Assembly: GCA_958296075.1 (NCBI GenBank)
Contig: CATQHW010000005.1
Coordinates: forward strand, 73,270 to 137,269
Reading direction: 5' to 3'
Source of the DNA: an uncultured Spirochaetia bacterium
GTDB lineage: Bacteria; Spirochaetota; Spirochaetia; SZUA-6; Bin103
Length of the DNA: 64,000 nt
This document shows, piece by piece, positions 53,992 to 64,000 of the stretch; position 1 is the stretch's first letter; each line of letters begins with the position of its first letter. Position numbers and translations under genes: made by a program. The notes beneath the pieces were generated by a model, which did no database searches, was not told the origin of the DNA, and worked only from the letters and a program-made list of their open reading frames with translations.

Positions 53992-56220
53992 TTGCCCGAA
54001 ACGACGTCAGGCCGGGGCAGGCCGCCTATCGAACCCGCACTGGTCCAACCGCATCCGGCCGGCGGTCATTCGCTCGAACACCGCTTGGCGGTGCTGAACG
54101 AGCCGCAGCGGCGCGCCGTGGAGCATTGGGGCCGCCCGCTGCTCATCCTGGCGGGAGCCGGCTCCGGCAAGACGCGGGCGATCACCACCAAGATCGCCTA
54201 CCTGACCGAGCGGCGCGGCATCCCGCCGCGCGCGATGCTGGCGGTCACCTTCACCAACAAGGCTGCCGACGAGATGCGCCAGCGGGCCACCGCAATGCTC
54301 CCGGCCGCCGCCGGGGCGAACATCCGCACGTTCCATTCGTTCTGCAACTGGCTGCTCCGGCGCTATGGAGCCCGCGCCGGCGTCGATCCGAGCTTCTCCA
54401 TTCTGGACGGCGCCGACGCGCTGTCGGTCCTGCGCGACGCGGCCGGCGGCGGATGGCCGGCCGACGAGCTCAAGGCGGCGGGCGAGCTGATCGCGCGGGC
54501 CAAGGATCACGGTCTGCGCCCCCGCGACGATCTCGATCGGCTCGACGTGCCGGTGGGCGTGCCGTTGGCCGACTTGTACGCCGCGTATCAGGAGCATCTG
54601 CAGCGCAGCAACGCCATGGACTTCGGCGACCTGATCCTGCGTACGATCGACCTGCTGTCCACGGAACCGGGAGCCGAGATCGCCGGCCGCTTCCAAACGC
54701 TGCTGGTCGACGAGTATCAGGACGCCAATCGGGCGCAGGTGCAACTGCTCCGCCTGCTGGCCGGCGGCGGCGCCTACGTGTGCGCGGTCGGCGACGATGA
54801 CCAGTCGATCTACGGGTTCAGGGGCGCCGACGTCGGGGCGTTCCTGTCGTTCCCGGACCATTTCGCGGGCGCGGAGATCGTACGCCTTGAACAGAACTAC
54901 CGGTCCACCCCGCAGATACTGGCGGTGGCGCAGAGCGTGGTGGAAGGCAACCGCGACCGCCTGGGCAAGACCCTGTGGACGGAGAACGGGCCCGGACCGG
55001 CGCCCCGGCTGCACGAGCTGCCCGATCAGGAGGCGGAGGTCCGCCTGTGCTGCGAGCTGGTCGATCGAGAGCCCGATCTGGAGACGGCGATCCTCTACCG
55101 GATGAACTTTCAGTCGCAGCCGTTCGAGACCGCGTTCCGCCGACTGCGCATACCGTATCGGCTGGTCGGGGCGATCGGCTTCTTCGAGCGCCAGGAGGTG
55201 AAGGACGCGATCTCCTACCTGATCCTGACGGTCAATCCGGCCGACGCCGTCGCGCTGCGGCGGGCGCTTTCCACGCCGCGGCGCTCGGTCGGCCCCAAGA
55301 CGCTGCAACGCATTCTGTCGGCGGAGCCGGACGCGGCCGCGTCCGCGGACGCCGTAAGCGGGACGCTCTTCGACGTGGGCCCGTCCGGCGTCACCGCCGT
55401 CGACCGGGCGCGCGCGGCGCGCGGCTCCCTGCCGGCGCGGGCGCGCGCCGGGGTCGGCGCCTTTCTGGAGCTGCACGACGAGCTGTGCGAGATGGCCGAG
55501 CACGCCCCGGTGGCGTCGCTGGTCGCCGCCGCGGTAGAGCGCTCCGGGCTCGCCGCCCATTACGGCCGGCTCGACGCGGTGTCCGGCGGCAGCCGGATGC
55601 GCAACCTGGAGCAGTTGGCGGCGAGCGCCGAGGCGTTCGGCGCCGGCCGCGGCGAGCTGCAGCGGTTTCTCGAAGCGGCCGGGCTGCATGACGCCGGCCG
55701 CGAACGCGACGAGGAGCGGTGGGCGATCCGCCCGGTGACGCTGATCACCGCGCACAACACCAAGGGGCTGGAGTTCGAGCGGGTCGTGGTCACGGGGATG
55801 GAGGAAGGGGTGTTCCCGCTTCTGCCGGCGGACCGCGACGGCGCCGATCAGGCGCAGCGCGACCTGGAGGAGGAGCGCCGCCTGTTCTACGTGGCGGTGA
55901 CGCGGGCGCGGAGCCATCTGCACGTCACCTGTTGCGCTCGCCGCACCGTGTTCGGGCAGCGGCGCGACCAGCGGATGAGCCGGTTTCTGGCCGAGATCCC
56001 CGACCGGTTGCTGGTCCGGGACGCGGCGGCCCCCGGGCTCGGCGAAGAGGCCGGTGACTTTCCGGCCGGCGCCGAGGTCTATCACGACGATTACGGCAGC
56101 GGGGTCGTCACTCGCCGCTGGAACAACGCCGGCACCTGGTTCGTGACGGTCCGCTTCGCCACCGAGCACGAGGCATCGTTCGCCCTTCGCTACGCCGCCC
56201 TGGAGCGGATACGCTCGTGA
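53992..56220 (+). CDS. pcrA: UvrD/Rep/PcrA-family DNA helicase
   Basis: LNEPQRRAV, ILAGAGSGKT, VTFTNKAADEM, LLVDEYQDAN, VGDDDQSIYGFRGA, QNYRST, ITAHNTKGLEFERV, LFYVAVTRAR and C-terminal VYHDDYGSGVV. TTG start at 53992 is taken from the ORF track. Confidence 0.9.
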   Translation: MPETTSGRGRPPIEPALVQPHPAGGHSLEHRLAVLNEPQRRAVEHWGRPLLILAGAGSGKTRAITTKIAYLTERRGIPPRAMLAVTFTNKAADEMRQRATAMLPAAAGANIRTFHSFCNWLLRRYGARAGVDPSFSILDGADALSVLRDAAGGGWPADELKAAGELIARAKDHGLRPRDDLDRLDVPVGVPLADLYAAYQEHLQRSNAMDFGDLILRTIDLLSTEPGAEIAGRFQTLLVDEYQDANRAQVQLLRLLAGGGAYVCAVGDDDQSIYGFRGADVGAFLSFPDHFAGAEIVRLEQNYRSTPQILAVAQSVVEGNRDRLGKTLWTENGPGPAPRLHELPDQEAEVRLCCELVDREPDLETAILYRMNFQSQPFETAFRRLRIPYRLVGAIGFFERQEVKDAISYLILTVNPADAVALRRALSTPRRSVGPKTLQRILSAEPDAAASADAVSGTLFDVGPSGVTAVDRARAARGSLPARARAGVGAFLELHDELCEMAEHAPVASLVAAAVERSGLAAHYGRLDAVSGGSRMRNLEQLAASAEAFGAGRGELQRFLEAAGLHDAGRERDEERWAIRPVTLITAHNTKGLEFERVVVTGMEEGVFPLLPADRDGADQAQRDLEEERRLFYVAVTRARSHLHVTCCARRTVFGQRRDQRMSRFLAEIPDRLLVRDAAAPGLGEEAGDFPAGAEVYHDDYGSGVVTRRWNNAGTWFVTVRFATEHEASFALRYAALERIRS

Positions 56221-57041
56221 CCGGCAACGACCCCTCAGCCCGCGCGCGGCTGGAGCGGCTCGGGCCGATCCGCCGGGCGCGCGGCTACCGGCTGTACGAC
56301 CACCGCGGCCGGCGCTACCTGGACCTGTGGCAGGCCGGCGGGCGCGCGTTGCTCGGACACCGTCCCGACCGGGCGGTGGCGCAGATCAAGGGCGTCCTGT
56401 CGCGCGCGCCGCACGCCGGCGTGCCGTCGGTCTACGAGCGCCGGTTGCTCGGCCGCGTGCGGCGGCTCGTTCCGGGGTTCGAGCCGCTCCTGACCGCCGG
56501 CGGCGCCGAGGTGCGCGTGGTCCTCGGGCGCGCAGGGCTCGGCGAAGAGGCGCTCTACGATCCGGCGCTCGACGCAGGTCCGGCGGACGCACGCCGGGCC
56601 GGGCTCTGGCGGCCGGCCGCCGGACCTGCGCCGCTGCCGGCGAGCTGGCGCGCCGTGGTGCCGGTTCTGCCGTTCACGCTCGGGCAGGCGCCGGCGCCGG
56701 TCTGTCTGTCGCCGGACGCCGTGGCCGAGCTGCCGGAGGCGCCGGCGCCGCAACCGGCGGCGCTGCTGGCCGCGGCGCTGGGCGGCCTGGACCGACTGCC
56801 GCGCTACGGCGGAGCCGCCTGGGCGTCGCAGGCGTGGCCCGATCCGCACGGATGCGAAGGGTGGGAGCGGCGCGGCCCGTACGTGGCGGCGCGCTGCGAT
56901 GCGGCCGCCTACGACGACGTGTTCGATCGGTTCCTGCAGGCGGGAGCGGTGCTCTCCCCCTTTCACCCGGGGCCGAGCATCCTGCCCGACGAGGTTTCCG
57001 CCGGGGAGGCGGCGACGCTCATGCGGCTGTTCGCCGGGTGA
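56217..57041 (+). CDS. hypothetical protein (N-terminus resembles class-III aminotransferase entry motif)
   Basis: GTG overlaps the pcrA stop (GTGA). RARGYRLYDHRGRRYLDLWQAGGRALLGH resembles G..l.D.dG..ylD...g.g...lGH. The remainder is Ala/Pro-rich with no recognisable PLP-lysine motif. Confidence 0.4.
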   Translation: MTGNDPSARARLERLGPIRRARGYRLYDHRGRRYLDLWQAGGRALLGHRPDRAVAQIKGVLSRAPHAGVPSVYERRLLGRVRRLVPGFEPLLTAGGAEVRVVLGRAGLGEEALYDPALDAGPADARRAGLWRPAAGPAPLPASWRAVVPVLPFTLGQAPAPVCLSPDAVAELPEAPAPQPAALLAAALGGLDRLPRYGGAAWASQAWPDPHGCEGWERRGPYVAARCDAAAYDDVFDRFLQAGAVLSPFHPGPSILPDEVSAGEAATLMRLFAG

Positions 57042-57059
57042 CGCCGCCGGCCGGCGGCG
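57042..57059. terminator. GC palindrome between convergent genes (weak terminator candidate)
   Basis: cgccgccggccggcggcg is a perfect 18-nt palindrome. It lies between the stop at 57041 (plus strand) and the stop at 57068 (minus strand). Confidence 0.3.
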
Positions 57060-57067
57060 GACCGCGT

Positions 57068-57763
57068 TCAGCGCCGCATCAGCCGCAACAGGAACAGGAA
57101 CAGGTTGAGCATGTCCAGATAGAGCTTGAGCGCGCCGAGCACGGACAGGCGGACGAAGGCGGTTTCGTCCATGGTTCCCGCCTCGGCCTGCCAGCGTTTG
57201 ATCACCTGCGTGTCGTAGGCGGTCAGGCCCAGAAAGAGCGCCACGCCGGCGATCGAGATCAGGAAGCCCAGAGCGTCGCTGCCGATCAGCAGGTTGACGA
57301 CGATGGCGATCATCAGTCCCAGCAGACCCATGCTCAGGTAGCTGCCGATGGTCGTCAGGTCGCGCCGAGTCGCGTAGCCGTACAGGCTCATCCCCGCGAA
57401 CATCGCCGCCGCGATGAAGAACGCGTTGAAGATCTGCTGCTGGGTGTAGACGGCGGACAGCACCGACAGCGTGATCCCGTTGAGCGCCGCGAAGGCGATG
57501 AAGGCTCCCGAGGCGGCGCCGATGCTCATGGTCATGATGCGGGCGCTGAGGAACCAGACCAGCGCCAGCTCGCCGATGATCAGTCCGAAGTAGAGCATCG
57601 GATTGCCGAGCACCGCACCGAACAGCGCGGGCTGGCTGACGACGAACCAGGCGATGACTCCGCTCAGAGCCAGACCGCCGGTCATCCACAGGTAGACGTT
57701 ACTCATCAGCCCGGTGCGGGCTGCGGCGCGGACGGTGCCGTGTGTTACGCTCCTGACCGACAT
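57068..57763 (-). CDS. Bax inhibitor-1/YccA family membrane protein
   Basis: 7-TM protein. Motifs YLWMTGGLALSGVIAW, GLTAYDTQVIK and LGALKLYLDMLNLFLFLLRL. I chose ATG 57763 because it follows GAGGGAGG. Confidence 0.85.
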   Translation of the reverse strand: MSVRSVTHGTVRAAARTGLMSNVYLWMTGGLALSGVIAWFVVSQPALFGAVLGNPMLYFGLIIGELALVWFLSARIMTMSIGAASGAFIAFAALNGITLSVLSAVYTQQQIFNAFFIAAAMFAGMSLYGYATRRDLTTIGSYLSMGLLGLMIAIVVNLLIGSDALGFLISIAGVALFLGLTAYDTQVIKRWQAEAGTMDETAFVRLSVLGALKLYLDMLNLFLFLLRLMRR

Positions 57764-57919
57764 GGGTCCCTCCCTCATCCCGGCGGTGGGCCGCCGGGCA
57801 TTCGATTCACGGGGCAATGTGCTGCTGCCGCCCGGCACGGTCAAGGATTGCGCGGCCGGCGGTTGCTCAACGCGCCGCGAAGCGATACTCTTGGGAAACT
57901 CTCAGCGCGTGAGGCGACG

Positions 57920-58198
57920 ATGATTGCTCTGTTGGTGGGCTTGGTGCTTCTGTTGTTCGCGGTCTACTCGGTACTGCCGGTTCCGTGGTCGACGCAGTGG
58001 TGGTCCCACGTCGTGGACTTCCTGAAGGGGGGCATTCCGGTCGCGGCCCTGCTGATCGGTCTGATCGGGCTGTTCGTCGGATTTGCCGATATCAAGGACA
58101 AGATGGAAGCCAGGAAGGAAGAGCGAGAGGCGAAGGCGGCCGAAGCGGCGGAGGCCGGCGGTTCCGGCGGCAAGGGCGCCGGCCGATCCTCCGCGTAG
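57920..58198 (+). CDS. small membrane protein (2 TM helices, Lys/Glu/Ala-rich tail)
   Basis: This is the last 92 codons of ORF 56327..58198, from ATG 57920: MIALLVGLVLLLFAVYSVLPVPW...IPVAALLIGLIGLFVGF...KMEARKEEREAKAAEAAEA. No family was recognised. Confidence 0.4.
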   Translation: MIALLVGLVLLLFAVYSVLPVPWSTQWWSHVVDFLKGGIPVAALLIGLIGLFVGFADIKDKMEARKEEREAKAAEAAEAGGSGGKGAGRSSA

Positions 58199-58232
58199 GG
58201 CGACGCGCGGCAGAGGAATGAAGGGTTAGGTG

Positions 58233-58670
58233 ATGAAGACGGTTTTCGTGCGCCCCCGCGACGTGGAGCGGCGGTGGTACATCGCGGACGCCGACGGCGC
58301 TCCGCTCGGCCGGCTGGCGGCGCGGGTGGCCAGCGTGTTGCGCGGCAAGCACCGCCCCTGGTTCGCGCCGCACCAGGATCTGGGGGACCGCGTGGTGGTC
58401 ATCAACGCGGCCAAGGTGGCCGTGTCCGGCAACAAACGGAGCGACAAGCGGTACTATCGCCATTCCGGGTACCCCGGCGCGCTGCGCAGCGAATCGTTCG
58501 AGCACGTCATCGCCCGCAAGCCGGTCTTTCCGATGGAACGCGCCATTCGAGGCATGCTCCCCAAGGGCGCTCTGGGCCGCGAGCTGTTCCGCAACGTGCG
58601 CGTCTACCCCGGTGCCGAGCACCCTCATCAGGGTCAGCATCCCCAACCTCTCGAACTGGATCACGAATGA
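58233..58670 (+). CDS. rplM: 50S ribosomal protein L13
   Basis: RRWYIADADGAPLGRLAARVASVLRGKH, GDRVVVINA, YYRHSGYPG and MLPKG. Confidence 0.95.
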   Translation: MKTVFVRPRDVERRWYIADADGAPLGRLAARVASVLRGKHRPWFAPHQDLGDRVVVINAAKVAVSGNKRSDKRYYRHSGYPGALRSESFEHVIARKPVFPMERAIRGMLPKGALGRELFRNVRVYPGAEHPHQGQHPQPLELDHE

Positions 58671-59119
58671 TGGCAGAAACCGACAGCACCAACCTGGCCC
58701 TGGGCACGGGGCGCCGCAAGACCGCGGTCGCCCGCGTATTCCTGCGCCCGCCGGTCGCCGGCGCCGGTGCCGGCGAGACCGACCTGCACCGGGTGGCGGC
58801 CGGCCAGATCACCGTCAACGGCAAGTCGCTGGACGATTACTTCAAGTCCGAGGAACTGGTGCAGCGGGTGACGTCCCCGCTCGACGTCACTGACAATCTC
58901 GGCAAGCTCAGCATCCTCATCAACGTGTCCGGCGGCGGACCGGCCGGTCAGGCGGACGCCAGCCGGCACGGCTTGGCGCGTGCGCTCGACGCCTACGACG
59001 CCGCCAACCATGAGAGCCTGCGGGCAAACGGCTTCCTGACGCGCGACCGCCGCATGGTGGAGCGCAAGAAGTATGGCCGTCCCAAGGCGCGCAAGCGCTT
59101 TCAGTTCTCCAAGCGGTAA
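58667..59119 (+). CDS. rpsI: 30S ribosomal protein S9 (with a short Gly/Ala-rich N-terminal insertion)
   Basis: GTGRRKTAVARVFL, ITVNGKSLDDYF, GGGPAGQADASRHGLARAL and RMVERKKYGRPKARKRFQFSKR. ATGA overlap with the rplM stop. Confidence 0.95.
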   Translation: MMAETDSTNLALGTGRRKTAVARVFLRPPVAGAGAGETDLHRVAAGQITVNGKSLDDYFKSEELVQRVTSPLDVTDNLGKLSILINVSGGGPAGQADASRHGLARALDAYDAANHESLRANGFLTRDRRMVERKKYGRPKARKRFQFSKR

Positions 59120-59158
59120 CCCGGCCGCTGCCGCGCCAGCCGCGGTCGTGAGCGCGTC

Positions 59159-59602
59159 GTGGAGCTGACCGGGCGCGCGGCGGCGCTGCAGCTCGCCAAG
59201 GCGCTCATCGCGCGCCGCGACCACTCGGTCTTCGAGTTGCGGCGGAAACTGCATGACAGAGGGCACGCGGGCGATGCGGATGCGGTGATTGATGCGTTGA
59301 CCGCGGCCGGGCTCCTCGACGACGAGCGCTACGCCCGCGCCTGGGTGACCGCCCGCACCGGGCGCAAGGCCGAGGGCCGCCGCCGTCTGGTGGCCGAGTT
59401 GGTCGCGCGCGGCGTGCCAAGCCCGCTCGCCGAAGCGGTGGTGGCGGACGAGCTGCCGGACGCGGCGGAACAGGCGTTGCTCCGTTCGAGTGCGGCAGCC
59501 CTGCACGCGCGCGGCCACGACCGGTTCGCCGTCGCCCGCCGGCTGCTGGCCAGGGGGTTCCCGGAGGGAGCGGTGCGGCGCATTACGGCGGTCGACCCGT
59601 AA
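59159..59602 (+). CDS. recX: RecX family regulatory protein
   Basis: ALIARRDHSVFELRRKLHDRG, VIDALTAAGLLDDERYARAW and RRRLVAELVARGV show the three-repeat RecX pattern. GTG start. Confidence 0.75.
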   Translation: MELTGRAAALQLAKALIARRDHSVFELRRKLHDRGHAGDADAVIDALTAAGLLDDERYARAWVTARTGRKAEGRRRLVAELVARGVPSPLAEAVVADELPDAAEQALLRSSAAALHARGHDRFAVARRLLARGFPEGAVRRITAVDP

Positions 59603-59635
59603 TCGCCGCCGGGGGCGGCCCGGACGCCCGCAGGT

Positions 59636-60928
<1,293 letters not shown>

Positions 60929-60980
60929 CTATAGTAATTCACGGTGCGGGTTCGGTGAAGCTCGACCGGTCGCGGCGGGT

Positions 60981-62885
60981 TCAGGCGCGCGGCGAGGGCG
61001 CGCCGGCGACCACCTGCTCCCACGGAGGCGCGGGTATCCGCAGCGGCAGCGTCACGAACATCCGACGCGGCGGCCCGCCCGGCTCGTCGGCGGAGATCAC
61101 GATGCCGACGTCGATGGCGATCGACTCCTGCGTGTCCCGCAGGCTGTCCGGCAGATGGAGCTTCACCCGCCGCTCCACCCGCTCGCCGGGCTCGATACGG
61201 CCGACCGGCACCCGTATGCCGGCAGCGTGCACGCTGATGCCGGTACGTGCCACCACGCCGGGATTCTCCACCTGCAGAGGGATGCTCACCGGCCGCGGGT
61301 CGTCCGCCGAGATCACCAGCCGGTCCGGGCTGAGCACCAGGAACGGCTCCTGGAACATCACCGACTCGGCGTCGCTGCGGACGCCGATCGCGCGCTCCAG
61401 TCCCGACCGAATCTCCTGATCGTCCGGGAACAGGCCGAGCGCGTGCTCATACAGCTCCACGGCCAGATCGGCCCGCTGCAGCGCCTGCGCCATGTCGCTC
61501 CAATCCTGCGCCGCCACGGCGTGGGTGAGCGCGAGCGCCGCGAGCTGCCGGGCGAGGTCGCCGGCGCCGGCGGCCTCCGGGGCCCCCACGCCTTCCGAGG
61601 CGCCCGTGCCGTCCGAGGCCCCTACGCCGTCCGAGGCGCCGGCACTGTAGTCGCCGAAGCGCAGGATCCGGTTCCGCGGCCCATCAAGCAGGAAGAACGC
61701 GCCCTGGTCCGTCGCCGGTTCCAGCGTGAATTGGGCCGGCAGGGTTTCCCGGCCGCCGCCCGGCGCGGACTGCAGCCACAGCGGGCGCCCGCGCGGGTCG
61801 AACCCCCAGATCATGCCGGAGCCGCCCAGCAGGATCGATCCGTCGGCAAGCGTGGCGACCGCGTGCGGCAACGGGAGCATCCGCGGGTCGACCTGGGGGC
61901 GAATGGAGCCGATCTCACGGCCGTCCAGGCCGGCGATCACCACCCTGCGATCGAACGGGTCGTACAGCACGAGCCGGCGTCCGCGATCGACGTCCATCGC
62001 GGTGATGAAGCGGGCGGCGGCCGGCACGCGGTGCGTCTCGATATCGTGCTCGGTCAGGCGCACGTAGGTCGGTCCGTGTCCGGTAAGGGCGGCCAGCCCG
62101 CCGCCGGGCACCGCCTCCAGCCGGCGGGCGCTGGACGGCAGATCGACGGAGGCGACGCCGGTCTGGCCGCTGCGGCGGCGCAGGATGCGCGCCCCGTCCA
62201 GGTCGGCAGCCAGCAGGTCGTGCGTCCAACTGGTGCGTGCGATTTCGTGCGGCGCCGCTGCGGCCGGCGGGAGCGGCGCCGGCCGCAGCGACGCCGGGGT
62301 GGCGGCGGTCATCTCGAAACGGGGTCCCAACTCGACCGATCCACCGGTCAACAGCACGCTCACGCCGCGGTCGTGGGCGGCGAAGTCGAGGATCTGCATG
62401 TCGGGCTCCGGCCCGGCGTCTGCGCCGCCGGTCGCCCGATCGACGGTGTGAATCAGGTCGGCGATCCGGTACCCGTCGATCGCGCCGGTGATGTCCGGCG
62501 GCAGGTAGATCGGAGGCGGGAAGCCGGCGCGCGCCGCCTGCAGGTAGCCCAGGTCGGCGGCCAATGCCGCAGCGACCGCCTCTCCGGCGGCTGCCGGCGT
62601 CGAGCGCACGGTGGAACGCACCGACAGATCGGCTTCCAGGTCGGTGGTCGTGATCAGCAGGTCGAATCCGCCGCCGGAGACGGCGATGTCGACGCCGATG
62701 CGCACCGGCTGGGCGGGCGGACCGTCGCCGGTCTCGGCCAGCATGGTGTGCAGCCTGCCGATCAGGACGCCTTCGTCGAGACCGGCGCGCGGATCGATCG
62801 TCCACTCGGAGACCCGCGAGCCGACCGCCTGAGCGCCGGCGATGAGCAGCGCGCACGCGGCGACGGCCGCTCTGATCGCGCTCAT
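60981..62885 (-). CDS. secreted hypothetical protein, translationally coupled to murE
   Basis: ATG at 62885 overlaps the murE stop (ATGA). Signal peptide MSAIRAAVAACALLIAGAQA. Central blade-like segments are present (VVIAGLDGREIGSIRP; LADGSILLGGSGMIWGFDPRGRPLW; FFLLDGPRNRILRF), followed by a GASDGV-type hexapeptide repeat and a C-terminal beta-rich domain. Confidence 0.55.
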   Translation of the reverse strand: MSAIRAAVAACALLIAGAQAVGSRVSEWTIDPRAGLDEGVLIGRLHTMLAETGDGPPAQPVRIGVDIAVSGGGFDLLITTTDLEADLSVRSTVRSTPAAAGEAVAAALAADLGYLQAARAGFPPPIYLPPDITGAIDGYRIADLIHTVDRATGGADAGPEPDMQILDFAAHDRGVSVLLTGGSVELGPRFEMTAATPASLRPAPLPPAAAAPHEIARTSWTHDLLAADLDGARILRRRSGQTGVASVDLPSSARRLEAVPGGGLAALTGHGPTYVRLTEHDIETHRVPAAARFITAMDVDRGRRLVLYDPFDRRVVIAGLDGREIGSIRPQVDPRMLPLPHAVATLADGSILLGGSGMIWGFDPRGRPLWLQSAPGGGRETLPAQFTLEPATDQGAFFLLDGPRNRILRFGDYSAGASDGVGASDGTGASEGVGAPEAAGAGDLARQLAALALTHAVAAQDWSDMAQALQRADLAVELYEHALGLFPDDQEIRSGLERAIGVRSDAESVMFQEPFLVLSPDRLVISADDPRPVSIPLQVENPGVVARTGISVHAAGIRVPVGRIEPGERVERRVKLHLPDSLRDTQESIAIDVGIVISADEPGGPPRRMFVTLPLRIPAPPWEQVVAGAPSPRA

Positions 62886-64000
62886 GGCTGCAGCGCCGCG
62901 TGCGCTTCTGCGGCTTCGTCCCACGGCTGCAGGTGATCGGCGTACTCGATCGTCCGCTCGTGCCCCTTGCCGAGCAGCAGTACGGTGTCGCCGGGCCGGG
63001 CGAGTCCCACCGCGGCGCCGATCGCCGCGCGGCGATCGGGGATGAGCTGCGGCGCCGGAGCGCCGGCGGCGAACCCGGCGGCGATGTCCTTGAGGATCAG
63101 CATCCGATCCTCGCGCCGCGGGTCTTCATCGGCAAGGATCACGATGTCGGCGTGCTCGGAGACGATCCGTCCCTGCATGGCCCGTTTCTGTCGATCCTTT
63201 TCGCCCGCCGAGCCGAACACGACGATGACGCGGCCGTCTGCGGCCGGATCTTCCCGCCGCCGCAGCCGCAGCCCGGCGAACAGGTGCTCGAACGCCGCCG
63301 GCGTGTGCGCGTGGTCGACGATCACGGCGAATCCCCGGTCGTTGGCGATCGGCTGCATGCGGCCGGGCAGTGGCCTCAGAATCGGCAGCTCGTCCAGCAC
63401 CCGCTCCGGGACGGCGCCGGCCACGCCGGCGGCCAGCAGGCAGGCGGCGGCGACGTTGCCCGCCTGCACGGGATCGCCCAGCGGCACGCGGCGCCGGCGG
63501 CGGACGCCGTGCAGCTCGACCGCCAGGGTCAGGCCCGATCGGCAGGCATTCTCGACCGCCGCGGCGCAGTCGGCCGCGGCCGGAGCCGCGGTGAAGCTCT
63601 GCGCCGCCGGGAAGCGGGCGGACAGGTACTCCCACGCGGCGTCGTCGCGGTTGAGTACCGCCACGCCGGGCGATCCGTCGGGGCGATCCCGGAGCATGTC
63701 GAGCAGTCCCGCCTTGGCGTTGCGGTACCGCTCCCAGTCCCCGTGAAACTCCAGGTGCTCGTGGGTGACGTTGGTGATCGCCGCGGCGGCAAGGGGTAAC
63801 CCATCGACCCTGCCGGCCGCCAGCGCGATCGACGTCGCTTCGATGACCGCGGCGCGCAGGCCGTGGCCGGCCATACGTGCCAGCAGTGCGTGCAGCTCCG
63901 GCGCCTCCGGCGTCGACAGCCGCCACGGCGTGTCCGCCGCACCTGTCCCGTCGTCGACGTAGACGCTGGAGACCAGTCCGCACGGGACGCCCAGGCGGTC
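62882..64000 (-). CDS. murE: UDP-N-acetylmuramoyl-tripeptide synthetase (Mur ligase, MurE-like); 5' end beyond the right edge
   Basis: The frame is open to position 64000 (DRLGVPCGLVSSVYVDDG...TPEAPELHALLARM). Motifs AVIEATS, ITNVTHEHLEFHG, DHAHTP, VFGSAGEKDRQKR and ILADEDPR. Confidence 0.85.
   Translation of the reverse strand, partial: DRLGVPCGLVSSVYVDDGTGAADTPWRLSTPEAPELHALLARMAGHGLRAAVIEATSIALAAGRVDGLPLAAAAITNVTHEHLEFHGDWERYRNAKAGLLDMLRDRPDGSPGVAVLNRDDAAWEYLSARFPAAQSFTAAPAAADCAAAVENACRSGLTLAVELHGVRRRRRVPLGDPVQAGNVAAACLLAAGVAGAVPERVLDELPILRPLPGRMQPIANDRGFAVIVDHAHTPAAFEHLFAGLRLRRREDPAADGRVIVVFGSAGEKDRQKRAMQGRIVSEHADIVILADEDPRREDRMLILKDIAAGFAAGAPAPQLIPDRRAAIGAAVGLARPGDTVLLLGKGHERTIEYADHLQPWDEAAEAHAALQP

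Noticed and set aside
61560-61640. CRISPR-like or other non-coding tandem repeat.
   Set aside because: It is only about 3-4 imperfect 18-bp units, in frame within a long ORF (GASDGV hexapeptides), with no spacers. It is a coding low-complexity repeat. No CRISPR array exists elsewhere in the window.

Overview
High-GC (about 65-70% by eye) bacterial chromosomal window, almost fully coding. I found no rRNA, no CRISPR array and no recognisable transposase or integrase. There is one tRNA, tRNA-Leu(CAA).

Layout:
- 1-4.97 kb: a lower-GC accessory patch. It holds an overlapping DUF262 + ABC-type AAA ATPase pair (the ATPase runs off the left edge), a double-GNAT protein, a Uma2-type endonuclease and decayed AlbA_2/Schlafen-like fragments. 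A strong hairpin closes it.
- 4.97-12.6 kb: a glycan-uptake unit. It has a lamin-tail-domain lipoprotein, a parallel beta-helix protein, and LplC/LplB/LplA-like ABC permeases and binding protein, with no ATPase.
- 12.66-17.43 kb: a MoxR - DUF58 - DUF4129 operon, unusual in being bracketed by two MoxR paralogues.
- 17.5-19.4 kb: translationally coupled C-N hydrolase and Gfo/Idh/MocA oxidoreductase.
- 19.6-34.9 kb: a large envelope glycan-modification supercluster, which is my top candidate for undescribed biology. Components are an amidase_3-SH3, a membrane-anchored GT2, a 1635-aa fusion protein (unknown polytopic module + GT-C + 2 Cys-repeat modules + CE4 deacetylase), a stand-alone CE4, an MprF-flippase-like LPG_synthase_TM protein, a FemAB-like transferase, a SAM methyltransferase and a second GT-C paralogue carrying the same repeat modules. 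An AAA-ATPase_like/PDDEXK_9 pseudogene sits next to a remnant of a third GT-C gene.
- 34.9-64 kb: mostly housekeeping genes. These are an NCS2 permease with an odd C-terminal domain, an aminotransferase, murB, katG, fabH/D/G/F without acpP, pcrA, rplM-rpsI, recX, eno and murE. An intact AAA-ATPase_like/PDDEXK_9 paralogue interrupts this stretch and abuts a truncated low-GC gene.

All family assignments come from reading motifs in the translations. No database search was run.
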